33,289 nucleotides of DNA, from NCBI RefSeq assembly GCF_004010195.1, contig NC_057749.1:14117078-14150366 (forward strand). Reading direction: 5' to 3'. A program made the translations under genes and the position numbers. This document shows positions 10,144-22,659 of this stretch, piece after piece (positions within the stretch are counted from its first letter, which is position 1; every line of letters starts with the position of its first letter). The DNA is from Chiloscyllium plagiosum. Lineage: Eukaryota. The notes below the pieces were generated by a model, which saw only the letters and a list, made by a program, of their open reading frames with translations, searched no databases and had not been told where the DNA came from.

Positions 10144-10328
10144 CACTCAGCTCCCCCACCTTGTTCTGCTATTCAATAAAATCATGACCAATGATCTGAC
10201 CTCTATTTTTACATTTCGGCCTGCCCTCCCCGCAAAGGACTTCAATCAAGAAACCATTAATTTCTGCCCTTAAAATATTCAATGACCATGTCCCCACTAC
10301 ACTGAAGAGTTTTAAAGATACAGTAAGT

Positions 10329-10602
10329 GACAGGGTGGCTCAGCAGTTAGCACGACTGCCTTAGCACCAGGGACCTGGGTTCAATTCCATCCCTGGGTGG
10401 CTGTGTGGAGTTTGCACATTTTCCCTGTGCCTGTGTGGGGTTCTTCCCACAGTCCAGAGCTGGGCAGGCTATGTGGAATAGCTATGGGAAATGCATAGGT
10501 TGGGTGAGTGGGTCTGGGTCGGATGCTCTTCAGGGAGGTCAGTATGGACTTGACAGGCTGAAGGGCCTGCTTTCACACTGAAGGAATTCTATGATTCTAT
10601 GA
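10329..10602 (+). mobile_element. tRNA-derived SINE (HE1-like)
   Basis: A-box-like tggctcagcagtt, B box ggttcaattcc, core tgtgtggagtttgcacatt and CR1-type tail ggctgaagggcctg...attctatgattctatga. Confidence 0.85.
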
Positions 10603-10605
10603 CAC

Positions 10606-12290
10606 TCCATAACAGAACACACAGCGCAGTACAGGCCCTTCGGCCCTCAATGTTGCGCTCAATATATCACTCCTCAATTTTAAGCTATGTCCCCTCATGC
10701 TAGCCATCACCATCCAAGGAAAAAGGCTCTCACTGTCCATCCTATCTAACCCTCTGACTATCTTATGTGTCTTTAAGAAGTCACCTCTCAACCTTCCCTC
10801 CAAAGAAATCAGCCAAGTCCCCCACAGCCTTTTCCTCCATACCAGGCAACATCCTGGTAAATCTTCCCTGCATCCTTTCCAATGCTTCCACATTATTCTT
10901 ATAATGTGGTGACCAGAACTGCATGCAATATTGCAAGTGCAGCCGCACCAGAGCTATGTCCAGCTGCAAATGACCTCATGGCTCAAACTCAATCCCTCTA
11001 CCAATAAAACCTAACATACCGTACACCTTCTTAACAACCCTAAAAACCTGGTGGCAACTTTCAGAGATCTATATACATGGACACCAAAATCTCTCTGCTC
11101 ATCCACACAACCAAAGCCTTACCACTAACTCCAGTAACCTGTTACTCCTTCCAGAGCGAATCACCTCACTTTTCCACATTAAATTCCATTTGCCACCTCT
11201 CAACCAAGTTCATCTACATCTCTCCAACCCGCAACATCCTTCGGCACTATCCACCAACCTTAGAGTCATCCGTAAACTTATTACCCCATCCTTTTATGCC
11301 CTCATCCAGATCATTTATAAAAATGAACAGCAGTGTCCAAAAAGAGATCCTTGTGGTACACCACTAGTAATTGAACACCAAGATGAATGTTTCCCATCAA
11401 CCACCACCATCTTCTTTCAGCTAGCCAATTTCTGATCCAAACCACTAAATCACCCTCAATCCCAATGCCTCTATTTTCTGCAATAGCCTACCATGGGGAA
11501 CCTTATCAAATGCCTTACTGAAATCCACATACACCACAATCGCTTTACCCTCATCCACCTGTTTGATCACCTTCTCAAAAGACCTCAATAAGGTTTTGAG
11601 GCACAACCTACCCGTCACAAAACCGTGTTGACTATCCAGAATCAACTTATTCCTTTCTAGATGATTATAAATCCTATCTCTTACGACCTTTTCCAACACT
11701 TTACCCAGAACCGAAGGCTCACTGGTCTATAATTACCAGGGTTATCTCTACTCCCGTTCTCGAACAAGGGGACAACATTTGCTATCCTCCAGTCTTCTGG
11801 CACTATTCCTGTAGACAATGACGACAAAGATCAAACCCAAAACGTTCTGCAATCTCCTCAGATTCCCAGAGAATACTAGGATAAATCCCATCCATTCCAG
11901 GGGACTTATCTATTTTCACACTTTCCAGAATTGCTAACACCACTTCCTTATGAATTACAATCCCGTCTAGTATAATATCTCCGTATTCTCCTCGACATTT
12001 TCTTTCCTGTGTGAATACTGATGAAATTTAGCACCTCTCCTACTTCCTCAGACTCCACGCACAACTTCCCACTACTGTCCTTGACTGGCCCTAATCTTAC
12101 TGTAGTCATTCTTTTATCCCTGACATACCTACAAAGCTTTAGGGTTTTCCTTGATCTTACTTGTCAAAGATTTTTCATGTTCCCTCCTGGCTCCTCTTAG
12201 CTCTCTCTTTTGGTCTTTCCTGGCTAACTTCTAGCTCCCAAACGCCTTCACGTCTCATAAGCCTCTTTCTTCCTCTTGACAAGAGATCCA
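10606..12290 (-). mobile_element. CR1 LINE, 5'-truncated, disrupted ORF2 reverse transcriptase
   Basis: Minus-strand ORF fragments QHGF...VYVDFSKAFDKVPH, LVRLHLQYCMQFWSP and RLRGDF; 3' end with a reversed ggccgaagggcctg tail. Confidence 0.92.
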
Positions 12291-12343
12291 TAAAACATTT
12301 TTCCTCCTCTTAAATGGGAAACCCATTGTTTTTAAAAAGATGC

Positions 12344-13969
12344 CAAATGAGTATTTTGCATCAGTATTTACTGTGGAAAAGGACATGGAAGATATAGACT
12401 GTAGGGAATTAGATGGTGACATCTTGCAAAATGTCCATACTACAGAGGAGGAAGTGCAGGATGTCTTTGAAACGGGTACAGGTGGATAAACTCCCAGGTG
12501 CACCCTAGAACTCTGTGGGAAGCTAGAGAAGTGATTACTGGGCCTCTTGCTGAGATATTTGTACCATTGATAGTCACAGGTGAGGTATTGGAAGACTGGA
12601 GGTTGGTAAACGTGGTGCCACTGTTTAAGAAGGGTGGTAAGGACAAGCCAGGGAACTATAGATCGGTGAGCCTGACATCAGTGGTGGGCAAGTTGTTGGA
12701 GGGAATCCTGAGGGACAGGATGTACATGTATTTGGAAAGGCAAGGACTGATTAGGGATAGTCAACTTGGCTTTGTGCATGGGAAATCATTTCTCACAAAC
12801 TTGATTGAGTGTTTTGAGGAAGTAACAAAGAAGATTGATGAGGGGAGAGTGGTAGATGTGATTTATATGGACTTCAGTAAGGCGTTCGACAAGGTTCCCC
12901 ACGGAAGACTGGTTGGCAAAGTTAGATCTCACGGAATACAGGGAGAACTAGCCATTTGGATACAGAACTGGCTCAAAGGTAGAAGACAGAGGGTGGTGGT
13001 GGAGGGTTGTTTTTCAGACTGGAGGTCTGTGACCAGTGGAGTGCCACAAGGATCAGTGCAGGGTCCTCTACTTTTCGTCATTTACATAAATTATTTGGAT
13101 GAGAGCATAAGAGGTACAGTTAGTAAGTTTACATTTGACACCAAAATTGGAGGTGTACTGGACAGCAAAGAGTGTTACCTCAGATTACAACAGGATCTTG
13201 ATCAGATGGGCCACTGGGCTGAGAAGTGGCAGATAGAGTTTAATTCAGATAAATGAGGGGTGGCATTTTGGAAAAGCAAATTTAAGCAGGACGCATACAC
13301 TTAATGGTAAGGTCCTAGGGAGTGTTGCCAAAGAGACCTGGGAGTGCAGGTTCATAGCTCCTTGAAAGTGGAGTCATGGGTAGATAGGATAGTGAAGGTG
13401 GTGTTTGGTATGCTTTCGTTTATTGGTCAGAGTATTGGGTACAGGAGTTGGGAGGTCATGTTACGGCTGTACAGGACATTGGTTAGGCCACTGTTGGAGT
13501 ATTGCATGCAATTCTAGTCTCCTTCCTATCGGAAAGATGTTGTGAAAGAGTTCAAAAAGATTTACAAGGATGTTGCCAGGGTTGGCGGATTTGAGCTATA
13601 GGGAGAGGCTGAACAGGCTGGGGCTGTTTTCCCTGGAGCGGAGGCAGAGGGGTGACCTTAGAGGTTTACAAAATTATGAGGGGCATGGATAGGGTTAATA
13701 GGCAAAGTCTTCTCCCGAGGGTGGGAGGGGAAAGAGTTAAGACCTGAGGGGCAACGTTTTCACACAGTGGATGGTACGTGTATGGAATGAGCTGCCAGAG
13801 GAAGTAGGAGGCTGATATAATTGCAACATTTAAGAGGCATTTGGATGGGTTTGGAGGGATATAGGCCAGGTGCTGGCAGGTGGGACTAGATTGGGTTGGG
13901 ATATCTGGTTGGCATAGATGGGTTGGACCGAAGGATCGGTTTCCATGCTGTACATCTCTATGACTATGA
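12344..13969 (+). mobile_element. CR1 LINE (HER1-like), 5'-truncated, inactive reverse transcriptase
   Basis: ORF 12498-13256 has PGNYRSVSLTS, YMDFSKAFDKVPH and SGVPQGS, but the catalytic FADD reads FTFD. Downstream frameshifts; tail ctctatgactatga. Confidence 0.95.
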
Positions 13970-14559
13970 GTGCTGGTCTTTCCCATAAAGGCAACATCCT
14001 TTCAGTATCCACCTGTGAAGTCATCTCAGCATCTAAGTTTCATCAAGGTTACCTCCCATTCTTCTAAAATCCATTTGATATAGGCCAGCCTGCCCAACCT
14101 TCCCCCCCCACTGGATAGCTCTTCACATCCAAGGTGCCAGTTGACTGAGTCTCCTGAACTGCTTTAACATACTTGGATTATTTTTTAAACAAGCAACCAA
14201 CTGTACACAACTCCAGATGTGGCCTCACCACCCCCTATACAACTGCTGCAAAACATGCCGAATTTATTTTCCATTCCCTGTGGAAAAAATAACAGCATTC
14301 AATTTGCCTTCTTGATCACTTGCTGTACCTGCACACTAAGTGATTCATGCACCATGATCCTTCTGTATTTGTTAAGAATTTCTCTCCATTTAAAATGTAC
14401 TATTTTTCTATTCTCCCTGTCAAAATTGACAAGATCACTTTATATTTTTCCTATAATACTCCACTTGCAAATTTGGTTCCTTTATTCATGTCATTGATAG
14501 AAAATTGCAAATAACTGAGGTCCCAACATTGTCCCACAGCATACTACTTATATCCTGTC

Positions 14560-14612
14560 AGAGTAGGGTGCTCGAAAAGCGCAGGTCAGGCAGTATCCAA
14601 GGAGCAGAAGTC
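14560..14612 (-). mobile_element. PLE terminal-repeat fragment
   Basis: gtgctcgaaaagcgcaggtcaggcagtatccaaggagcag is the reverse complement of the PLE tail; it contains no hammerhead. Confidence 0.65.
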
Positions 14613-15299
14613 TATTTTTTGGGAATCCTGCCAACCCACTTAAAACAAGCTATTTGTACCCACCCTCAACTTCCTACTAGCCAGCCATCCTCTTTCCACT
14701 TTCTTTACCTCATGAACTCTTATCTTGTGTAAGAACTTTTGATGAGGTATCTTAGCAATTACTTTCTGGAAATCTCAATAGATAACACCTTGTAGTTCCA
14801 CTTGTTGCTGGTTATTTCCTCAAAGGTGGCTCATACATCAAGCCATGATTCCCCTTTCATCAAATTATGGTAACTGCCCAATTGCAGAGAGATTTTTTAA
14901 GTAACCTGAAATTACTGCTATAATAAAACCCAGCAATTTCCTGAAGACAGATGACAGGTTAAATGTACTGAATTTGCCTGCTTTCTAGCACCCTTCTTTC
15001 TTAGATAGGAGAGTTACAATCACTATTTTACTATCTGATGAGACTTCTGTCGGAGTCTAGGAAATCCTGTAAAGTTAAAATCAGCAGGAGCTACCACTTT
15101 TAGAGCCTTCAGTTAAGTCAGTCAACACCAGCTGACTCATTTGGTTCTAATTCTCAGCACCTCTCCCTGGTCATAATTGCTGTATGTACTCACTCCCTTT
15201 CACATTCAGATTCATAATTATGTTTCAGATATTACCTGCAGTCAGTACAGAAGATAGATGTAAAATGTTGCCGTGGATGTTATCCTCCAGAACATCCAC

Positions 15300-15570
15300 C
15301 GCACAGTGGTTAGCACTGTTGCCTCACAGCACCAGGGACCCAGGTTCGATTCCAACTACGGGCGACTGTGTGGAGTTTGCACATTCTCCCGATATCTGCG
15401 TGGGTTTCCTCCCACAATCCAAAGATGTGCAGGTTAGGTGAATTGGCCATGCTAAATTGCCCATAGTATTAGGTTCATTAGTCAGGGTAAATGTCAGGGA
15501 ATGGGTCTGGTTGGGTTAGTCTTCGGAAGGTCAGTGTGAACTGTTTCCACACCGTAGGGAATCTAATCTC
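15300..15570 (+). mobile_element. tRNA-derived SINE (HE1-like)
   Basis: gcacagtggttagcactg head, B box GGTTCGATTCC at 15343-15353, core tgtgtggagtttgcacattctccc, tail aatctaatct. Confidence 0.9.
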
Positions 15571-15984
15571 ACTCAAGATAATATTCTTGAATATTCCAAA
15601 ACAGTCTTAAAAGGTCTGCCGCTCAATCCTTATTGACCTATCCCGTAACCCGACTTTCCCAGTTCACTTAAATTCAAAATACTGACTTTCAACCTCTTTT
15701 CGCCCTTAACCGGAATGCGAAATTCCATCATAATGTAAGCAGGCTACCTTTACTCAGCCAACTAATCTTGTCTCATTGCAGATTATCAGATCCAGTATGC
15801 CTGCTGTGTATCCTAAACAACAGGAATCAGTGCATGGACACAGCACTTCAAGAGCCCAAAATAAAACAGCCTTGATAAAGTGGCTTTACATTATTGAACT
15901 GCAGCAGTGCAAACTCCATCGAAATATTAACTCCTGAATAACACCATTCATGTTCCCCAGATGTCCAAAGACCTCAAAAAACAA

Positions 15985-16260
15985 ATAGCAACATTTACAC
16001 AGCACCTTGAATATAGGGAAATGCTACAAGACATTTCACAGGAGCAGTAATCAAACAATTTTGACACTGTCGCACACACGGCCAGCTGAGCAAAAGCTTG
16101 GTCAGAGTATTTTTACAGAGCAAAAAAGGAGAGCAAGAGCATGAGCGAGAAATGAAGTAGTTTAGAATGGAAGTCCCAGATCTCTCAGCTGAGGCAATTG
16201 AGAGCATAGTAATCAACATTGGAATGAGTAATAGCTGGAGAGAATGAAGTGCGAAGAACT
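15985..16260 (-). mobile_element. Degraded L2-like LINE 3' end
   Basis: catttacacagcaccttgaatatag...caaacaattttgacactg; related to 3915-4080. Confidence 0.45.
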
Positions 16261-16847
16261 AATGGTTGCCAAAGTTGTGAGCGCAAGAGCTCAAATCCAT
16301 TAAGTGGAAAATGTAGGTCACCTAGGAGGATCAGTTATCTCAGAAATTCAACTTAACTATCAGTAAACTCAGTATGGCATATAGAGTCAGATCTTAAGAA
16401 CTGATGACTTTGCGGAGATATGAAAAGGGCAGGTTTATAATTCTTCACAGCAAGGAAGAATGCTTCAGGTACATTAACACAAACTCAGTTAGAAGTGGAA
16501 TATATCTACTAAAAGTTGAGTCATGCAGGGAGATTCTTTAATTCTTCAATTTTAAACATACAGGTAAACACAGTTAATCAGTGGTCCTAGTTTAGCTTTC
16601 TGTGAGAAGCCAAAAATCTTAAATCAAAACCCTTTGAAAACATCCCAGGAAGCAATTTCAACTCCCGACTTTCTTACTAATACAAATATCTATTTGGCGA
16701 AACCAAAATCAGCACAAAGCCCACCTCCCAAGCTCCCGCATTGCCACAGCAAATCATTTTTCCCATCTCTTGAGATTTCAAGTTCTCACTGGAATACATC
16801 TACATTGGGATTTAACTTGATCCTACTGCTATAAGAAATGACAAGAA

Positions 16848-17935
16848 GTTTGCAGTTGGCATGAAAATTTGTAGGGTGGTAAATAATGGAGGAAGCTCTA
16901 AACTGGGCCTGCTCTATCACCAAACCCTTAACACCCTACGCCTGAAGAACTCCTCATTCCACTTTAAGATCCTGCAAACACACAGGATCAATGTGGATTT
17001 CACCAGTTTCCTCATTTCCCCTCCCCCAACATTACCCCAGTCCCAAGCCTCCAACTCAGCATCACCTTCTTGACCTGTCCGTCACCTTTCCCATCTATCC
17101 ACCACCCTCCTCTCCGACCTATCACCTTCTCTCCTACATTCATCTACCTATCACATTCCCAGCCCCATCCCCCTCCCATTTTCTCAGCCCCTCTGACCCA
17201 CAAGCCTCATTCCTGAAGGGCTGAATGCAGAAACATCAATTCTCCTGTTCCTCGGATGCTGCCTGATCTGTTGTGCTTTTCCAGCACCATATTCTCTACT
17301 CTGATCTCCAGCATCTGCAGTCCTCACTTTGTCCGAGCTGTAAACTACAGAATGATATCAGACTGATCAGCTGAGTAGAGGCAAATGGATTCAATCCAGA
17401 AAAAAAAAATTGTAGAAATGGACTGCAGGAAAACTATCAAAGCAAGAGGATACACTATGAAAGATAGGACCCCAGAAAGTACTGAAGATCAGAAGGACAT
17501 TGGTGTCCACGTTAACAGACTGGATAAAGTCACAGGAAAGGTGGTGAAGTCGTCACATGGAATACGTGCCTTTATAAGCAGAGATACAAAATGCAAGTGA
17601 TTATGCAGGAAATGTATAAAAACAATAGTTAGGTCACAATTGAGTCACTGGTTGCATCTCTGGTCACCACATTATAGCATGGACATGGCTGCACTGGGGA
17701 TGGTACAAAGAATTGCCAGCATGATTGCCTGGGCTGGAGCATCAGGGCTATGTGGAAAGATCTGATGGAATGGGTTCTTTACTGGGGTTCAGCTGGAGCT
17801 GTGAAGGTTAAGTGTGAATCTGATAGAAGTGCATAAAATTGAGGGGCATAGGTAGGGTGGAGAGGAAGACACTTTCCCCATTAGTAGAGGGGTCAATAAT
17901 CAGGGAGTGTAGATTTAAGGTCAGAGGTAGAAGGG
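16848..17935 (+). mobile_element. Old CR1-like LINE fragment interrupted by a PLE
   Basis: gtttgcagttggcatgaaaatt is a decayed FADDTKI. After the PLE, decayed RT C-terminal motifs continue (gttaggtcacaattg, tctggtcaccac). Confidence 0.65.
16905..17335 (+). mobile_element. PLE 3' fragment (end of ORF plus terminal repeat) with imperfect 11-bp target-site duplication
   Basis: Encodes ...INVDFTSF (PLE ORF end), then a pyrimidine-rich tract, a decayed hammerhead at about 17213 and the tail ccagcatctgcagtcctcacttt. Flanks agctctaaact (16894-16904) and agctgtaaact (17336-17346). Confidence 0.85.
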
Positions 17936-19271
17936 GAAGGAAGGAGAGAAGTCTGAGTCATTGAGCCATCAGTATATCTCAATTCACATCAGGTGCATAC
18001 TTTTGGGAATCACTGGGTGATGTTGGAAGAAAGACTGGCTTTTTGTCTCAATGAACCAGAACCTTTGAAACAGGGTTATCTGAAATTAATAAGCTATGAA
18101 TAATGATTGCATCTCTCGAAAGGATTTGGTTGAATTAGGGGGGAGGGGCTCAGCAGAAAGCCAGAAGTGACTTTTGTTTAAAAAGTCCCTCTTCAAAATT
18201 TTCTGACTGCAGATTCCAGGCCAACTGAAGTATACAATTCCAGAGCACAGCCTAGCTAATTAGTTGGAAAACACGATCCTTTGCCTCCTTCGTTCCCCCA
18301 CCCTAATGAACCTGGTACTCTTCCAGTCAGTAACTGACGAAGCAGTTTGACTCTCTCAGAACAAGTGACCTGCCATGGCACATGACCTTGTGAATTTCTA
18401 AACATTGTATTGTAACAACAGGCACTACACAAAAGGGAGGCAGTAAAAATACTCAGCAAATTTAGTCCTGACATATCATTCTTGCTAATATTGCAGCATG
18501 GTCTTCTGACAGTATTAGTGTTAGGTTCATGATAGCTGTTATTTTGAAGCCAAATAAAAGATGCAAATAGAGGAGTTGAGTGACAGTGCACATCTGCTGC
18601 TTGTTCTCATAGTTCTACAGCAGTTTATGCAAGGTATCATCCCTCAACCTAAAAATGCATTTTCAAAGTACTAAAATAAAGATTTCTTACTGCTCGAAAT
18701 ACTTAAAATTTGAACATTGAGTATTTCAGCACATAGTTCCAGGTCTGGAATTCTCATTCATTGACCACCATTGAGATAAATGACCTACAAAAGGCAGATG
18801 ACTGCAATGACATTGCTTACTCTGCATGCTAGAAGCACTGCTTGTCCTCGAATGTTGCCAAAACAGAATTTATCAACTCAGACCAAGTCAAAATATTCTA
18901 CTTCTCATGTTGAGAGAGGGACTGAATATTGTAAATTGTTAAATACTGGTAAAGTTAAGACTTGTTCACATTTACCTTGAAATTCACTTTGTCACATTCA
19001 AAATTAGTGATCATTTGCAAACACATTAATCTTTCTGCAAAGGCATAGTCATTGGAATGCAACTGTGGAGAAACCTTGAAATGGAGTCTATGAAGTTTAT
19101 GTCCTGTCAAGAGCCAAATGCTACCTGCAGCCTGAAATCACTACTCCTCTGCCCTGGCTGGAGCCCAAATAATAGCATCGCACTCATTAGGAAGCCAGGA
19201 CTCACTACAGTGATGAAAAGCAACAACCAATCCACAGTCAGCTAACTTGCGGCACTACAAGTTACAAGAAC

Positions 19272-20433
19272 ATCAGTAAGGCATTTGACAAGGTTCCCCA
19301 TGGGAGACTGATTAGCAAGGTTAGATCTCACGGAATACAGGGAGAACTAGCCATTTGGATACAGAACTGGCTCAAAGGTAGAAGACAGAAGGTGGTGGTG
19401 GAGGGTTGTTTTTCAGACTAGAGGCCTGTGACCAGTGGAGTGCCACAAGGATCGGTGCTGGGTCCTCTACTTCTTGCCATTTACATAATGGATTTGGATG
19501 CGAGCATAAGAGGTACAGTTAGTAAGTTTGCAGATGACACCAAAATTGGAGGTGTAGTGGACAGCGAAAAGGGTTACCTCAGGTTACAACAGGATCTGGA
19601 CCAGATAGCCAATGGGCTGACAAGTGGCAGATAGAGTTTAATTCAGATAAATGCGAGGTGCTGCATTTTGGGAAAGCAAATCTTAGCAGGACTTATACAC
19701 TTAAATGGTAAGGTCCTAGGGAGTGTTGCTGATCAGAGATCTTGGAGTGCAGGTTCATAGCTCCTTGAAAGTGGAGTCACAGGTGGATAGGATAGTGAAG
19801 GCAACGTTTGGTATGCTTTGCTTTATTGGTCAGAGTATTGAGTACAGGAGTTGGGAGGTCATGTTGCGGCTGTACAGGGCACTGGTTAGGCCACTGTTGG
19901 AATATTGCATGCAATTCTGGACTCCTTTCTATCGGAAAGATGTCGTGAAACTTGGAAGGGTTCAGAAAAGATTTACAAGAATATTGCCAGAGTTGGAGGA
20001 TTTGAGTGATAGGGAGAGGCTGAACAAGCTGGGGCTGTTTTCCCTGGAGCGGAGGCTAAGGGGTGACCTTATAGAGGTTTACACAATTATGGATAGGGTA
20101 AATAGACAAAGTCTTTTCCCTGGGGTCGGGGAGTCCAGAACTAGAGGGCATAGGCTTCGGGTGAGAGGGGAATTATATAAAAGAGACCTATGGGGCAACG
20201 TTTTCACACAGAGGGTGGGACAGCTATGGAATGAGCTGCCAGATGAAGTGGTGGAGGCTGGTACAATTGCAATATTTAAGAGGCATTTAGATGGGTATAT
20301 GATTAGGAAGGGTTTGGAGGGATATGGGCCAGGTGCTGGCAGGTGGGACTAGATTGGGTCGGGATATCTGATCGGCATGGACGGTTTGGACCAAAGAGTC
20401 TGTTTCCATGCTGTACCTCTCTATGACCCTATA
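19272..20433 (+). mobile_element. CR1 LINE (same subfamily as 12344-13969), 5'-truncated
   Basis: SGVPQGSVLGPLL, KFADDTK, LVRPLLEYC and RRLRGDLIEVY with frameshifts; highly similar to 12875-13965; tail ctctatgaccctata. Confidence 0.95.
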
Positions 20434-20649
20434 ACATGATTTACCAGCTGTACCTATTACTACATTACATGACTTGAGGCCAACCTGCGTCTAAGAACTC
20501 TGAAAACACAAATGAAATTGAAACAGTCACCAAGCCATAATCTAAGTATAATTATTAAGTTATACCAACACCACTTTTTGTGATTATTCCATGGAATGGA
20601 AGCATTGTCGTCAAGGCCATCACTTTGTTATTCACCCCCCCAAATGTCT

Positions 20650-21010
20650 AAGTTGGCAGTAAGTCATCTTCTTGATTGGCTATAATCCATAATATAGTCA
20701 TAATACACTCATATTGCTTTAAGGGAGTGTGTTCCAGGACTTTAACCCCGTAAGAATGAAGAGGCAATGATATAGTTCCAAGCCAGGATGGTGAAAAACC
20801 TGCACGAGGTTGCAGGTGGTGGCATTCCTTCTTATCTACTGACCCTGTCCTTCTCGGTGGTAGAGGTCTCTGGTTTGGAAGGTACTCTTGAAGCCTTGAC
20901 AAGTTGCTGCAGTGCATCTTGTATTTAGTACACCACTGTCATTACAGTAATGGAGGAGGAAATGAATGGTTAAGCTCATGGTCACGATACCGAACAAGCA
21001 GACTTGTATG
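20650..21010 (-). mobile_element. Degraded LINE 3' region (L2/CR1-group)
   Basis: The minus-strand ORF remnant LPNQRPLPPRRT and the following sequence resemble 26455-26840 in the opposite orientation. Confidence 0.5.
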
Positions 21011-22659
21011 AAGTGAGAATGAAAGTTTTAATTAAAGCAGTAAGCTCCAACACTATGAACTAACAGAGATGAACTACAAAGCAAACGTCAAACATACCAA
21101 GATCCAAGCAGCTATCAGTAATGACATGCACGACCACAGCAACTTCAGGTTCAGGCTACAACATGCTTCAACAGGTTCCATTTTTGGGTTCCTCCCCAGT
21201 TTACTTTCCACAAGCTAGACCCACAGTGCAGTTACAACTGATCAAATTGTGCACATGCACACAAGTATTGCAATTAACTATTCCATACAGATCTGGGATA
21301 TTTTGGCTACAGAGGTATCAGAATAGTGTATTTCCCAAATTCAGCAACTCCATAAGCCAGGCATGTCCTCTACCCATAGAGACAGAATGCACAATTAATA
21401 AAACAGACGAAATTTCACTCAGTTTTGTAAGGTATTTTCAGGTGCAGCAAAATGGCCTTTGTAAACAGATCTGCTCTGCAGATTAAATAAATTGTTAATG
21501 AGTTTTATAAGCCAAGTGGCAATTTGTAAGTAAAAAGCAACATTCGACTTTTATAGTAAAATATCTTTATTTAAGAGTTGTATTCTGATTTAATGAGGGA
21601 TGTGTCAGGGAATTATTGACAAATACAAAAACAAATTGAAATTTTCCAGTGAATTTTCACTGAGGAATTATGACTAATATAGAGTCTGAATACTGCCCTT
21701 CCTTGGAGATCAATTTCAATCCAGTTATTTCTTTCTAGTTGCTTGGTTTGAGTCATTGCCACAGGATACTGTGTATTGTGAGAACATGACAATGAGGTCA
21801 GTGTGCACTGCACACTCAAATGCACAAAGTCAATAATAAAACAAAAGGTAGCCCCAGCCTTAAACATTCAATGCTTTGCTTTTGGAGCTAGTAGTTCATC
21901 AAAATACATGATATTTAAAAAGTTGAAATTGACATTTTCAATGGTCTTAAATTTTAAGTAGTAGGATAAAGCTTAGGTGGTGTTTGTATGAGCAGCTGAA
22001 GTATGGTTACAGGTTTGTGGCTGTGATTCAATCTCAAGCATACACAAGCACTTACTGTCCACTGTTAATTTTCAGAAGAGCAGAAGGGATGTCAGGTGCT
22101 TCCCCCATGGGGAAGAATAAGGTGAATCACAAGTATCATGCATAGAGCATTGACAGCAACATTGCTGCTTTGGGAGCACTGTGCAATATGGGGGAGGGGT
22201 ATATTAACACAAGGACATTTTCTTAAATCCTTCCAAGCACCATTTGTTACTACAAGATGCAGTGAGAGAAAAAAAACGGGAAGAAACATTTTGTATTTAA
22301 AAGTGGAGAGAAAAGGCTATCAAATCTAAGCCTAGAGAAGCTACAGTCATCGTCTGTAAATTTTACAGACAGAAAGTTAGCATTTTTTTTTAAAAAAACA
22401 CAGACCATGAATACATCTGCAAAACTAAAAAGCTACCATCATGCTGACTTTCATGTGTATGAAAAGAGCTAGCCAGATTTTAAACAGCACCAGATAGCAA
22501 TACTGTACGCCACCTTTTGGCAATGTGAATAGGCCCATAAAGTACATGGTGAATAGGCTTCATCCAAAATATAATAGACTTGTGCGGATGTCAATAGGTT
22601 GCTGACAAATTGCCAACATTCACAGCTTACTTTTAATTTCTACAGATTTCTACTCAACT

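Larger units (their letters stand above)
10065..15290 (-). mobile_element. Old CR1-like LINE split into pieces (about 10065-10320, 12290-12340 and 13970-15290) by younger insertions
   Basis: A reversed CR1 3' UTR begins at about 10075 (gaccactcagctcccc...ctattcaataaaatcatg). It continues between and after the younger LINEs (tcctcttaaatgggaaacccatt; ggcaacatcctttcagtatccacctgt). Confidence 0.55.

Noticed and set aside
12498..13256. 252-aa RT ORF as an active or domesticated gene
   Set aside because: The catalytic FADD is mutated to FTFD, it is flanked by frameshifts, and near-identical repeat copies occur elsewhere in the window.
15300..15360. tRNA gene
   Set aside because: The A/B boxes run directly into SINE core and tail sequence; no complete cloverleaf. 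The same applies at 10329, 22660 and 23571.
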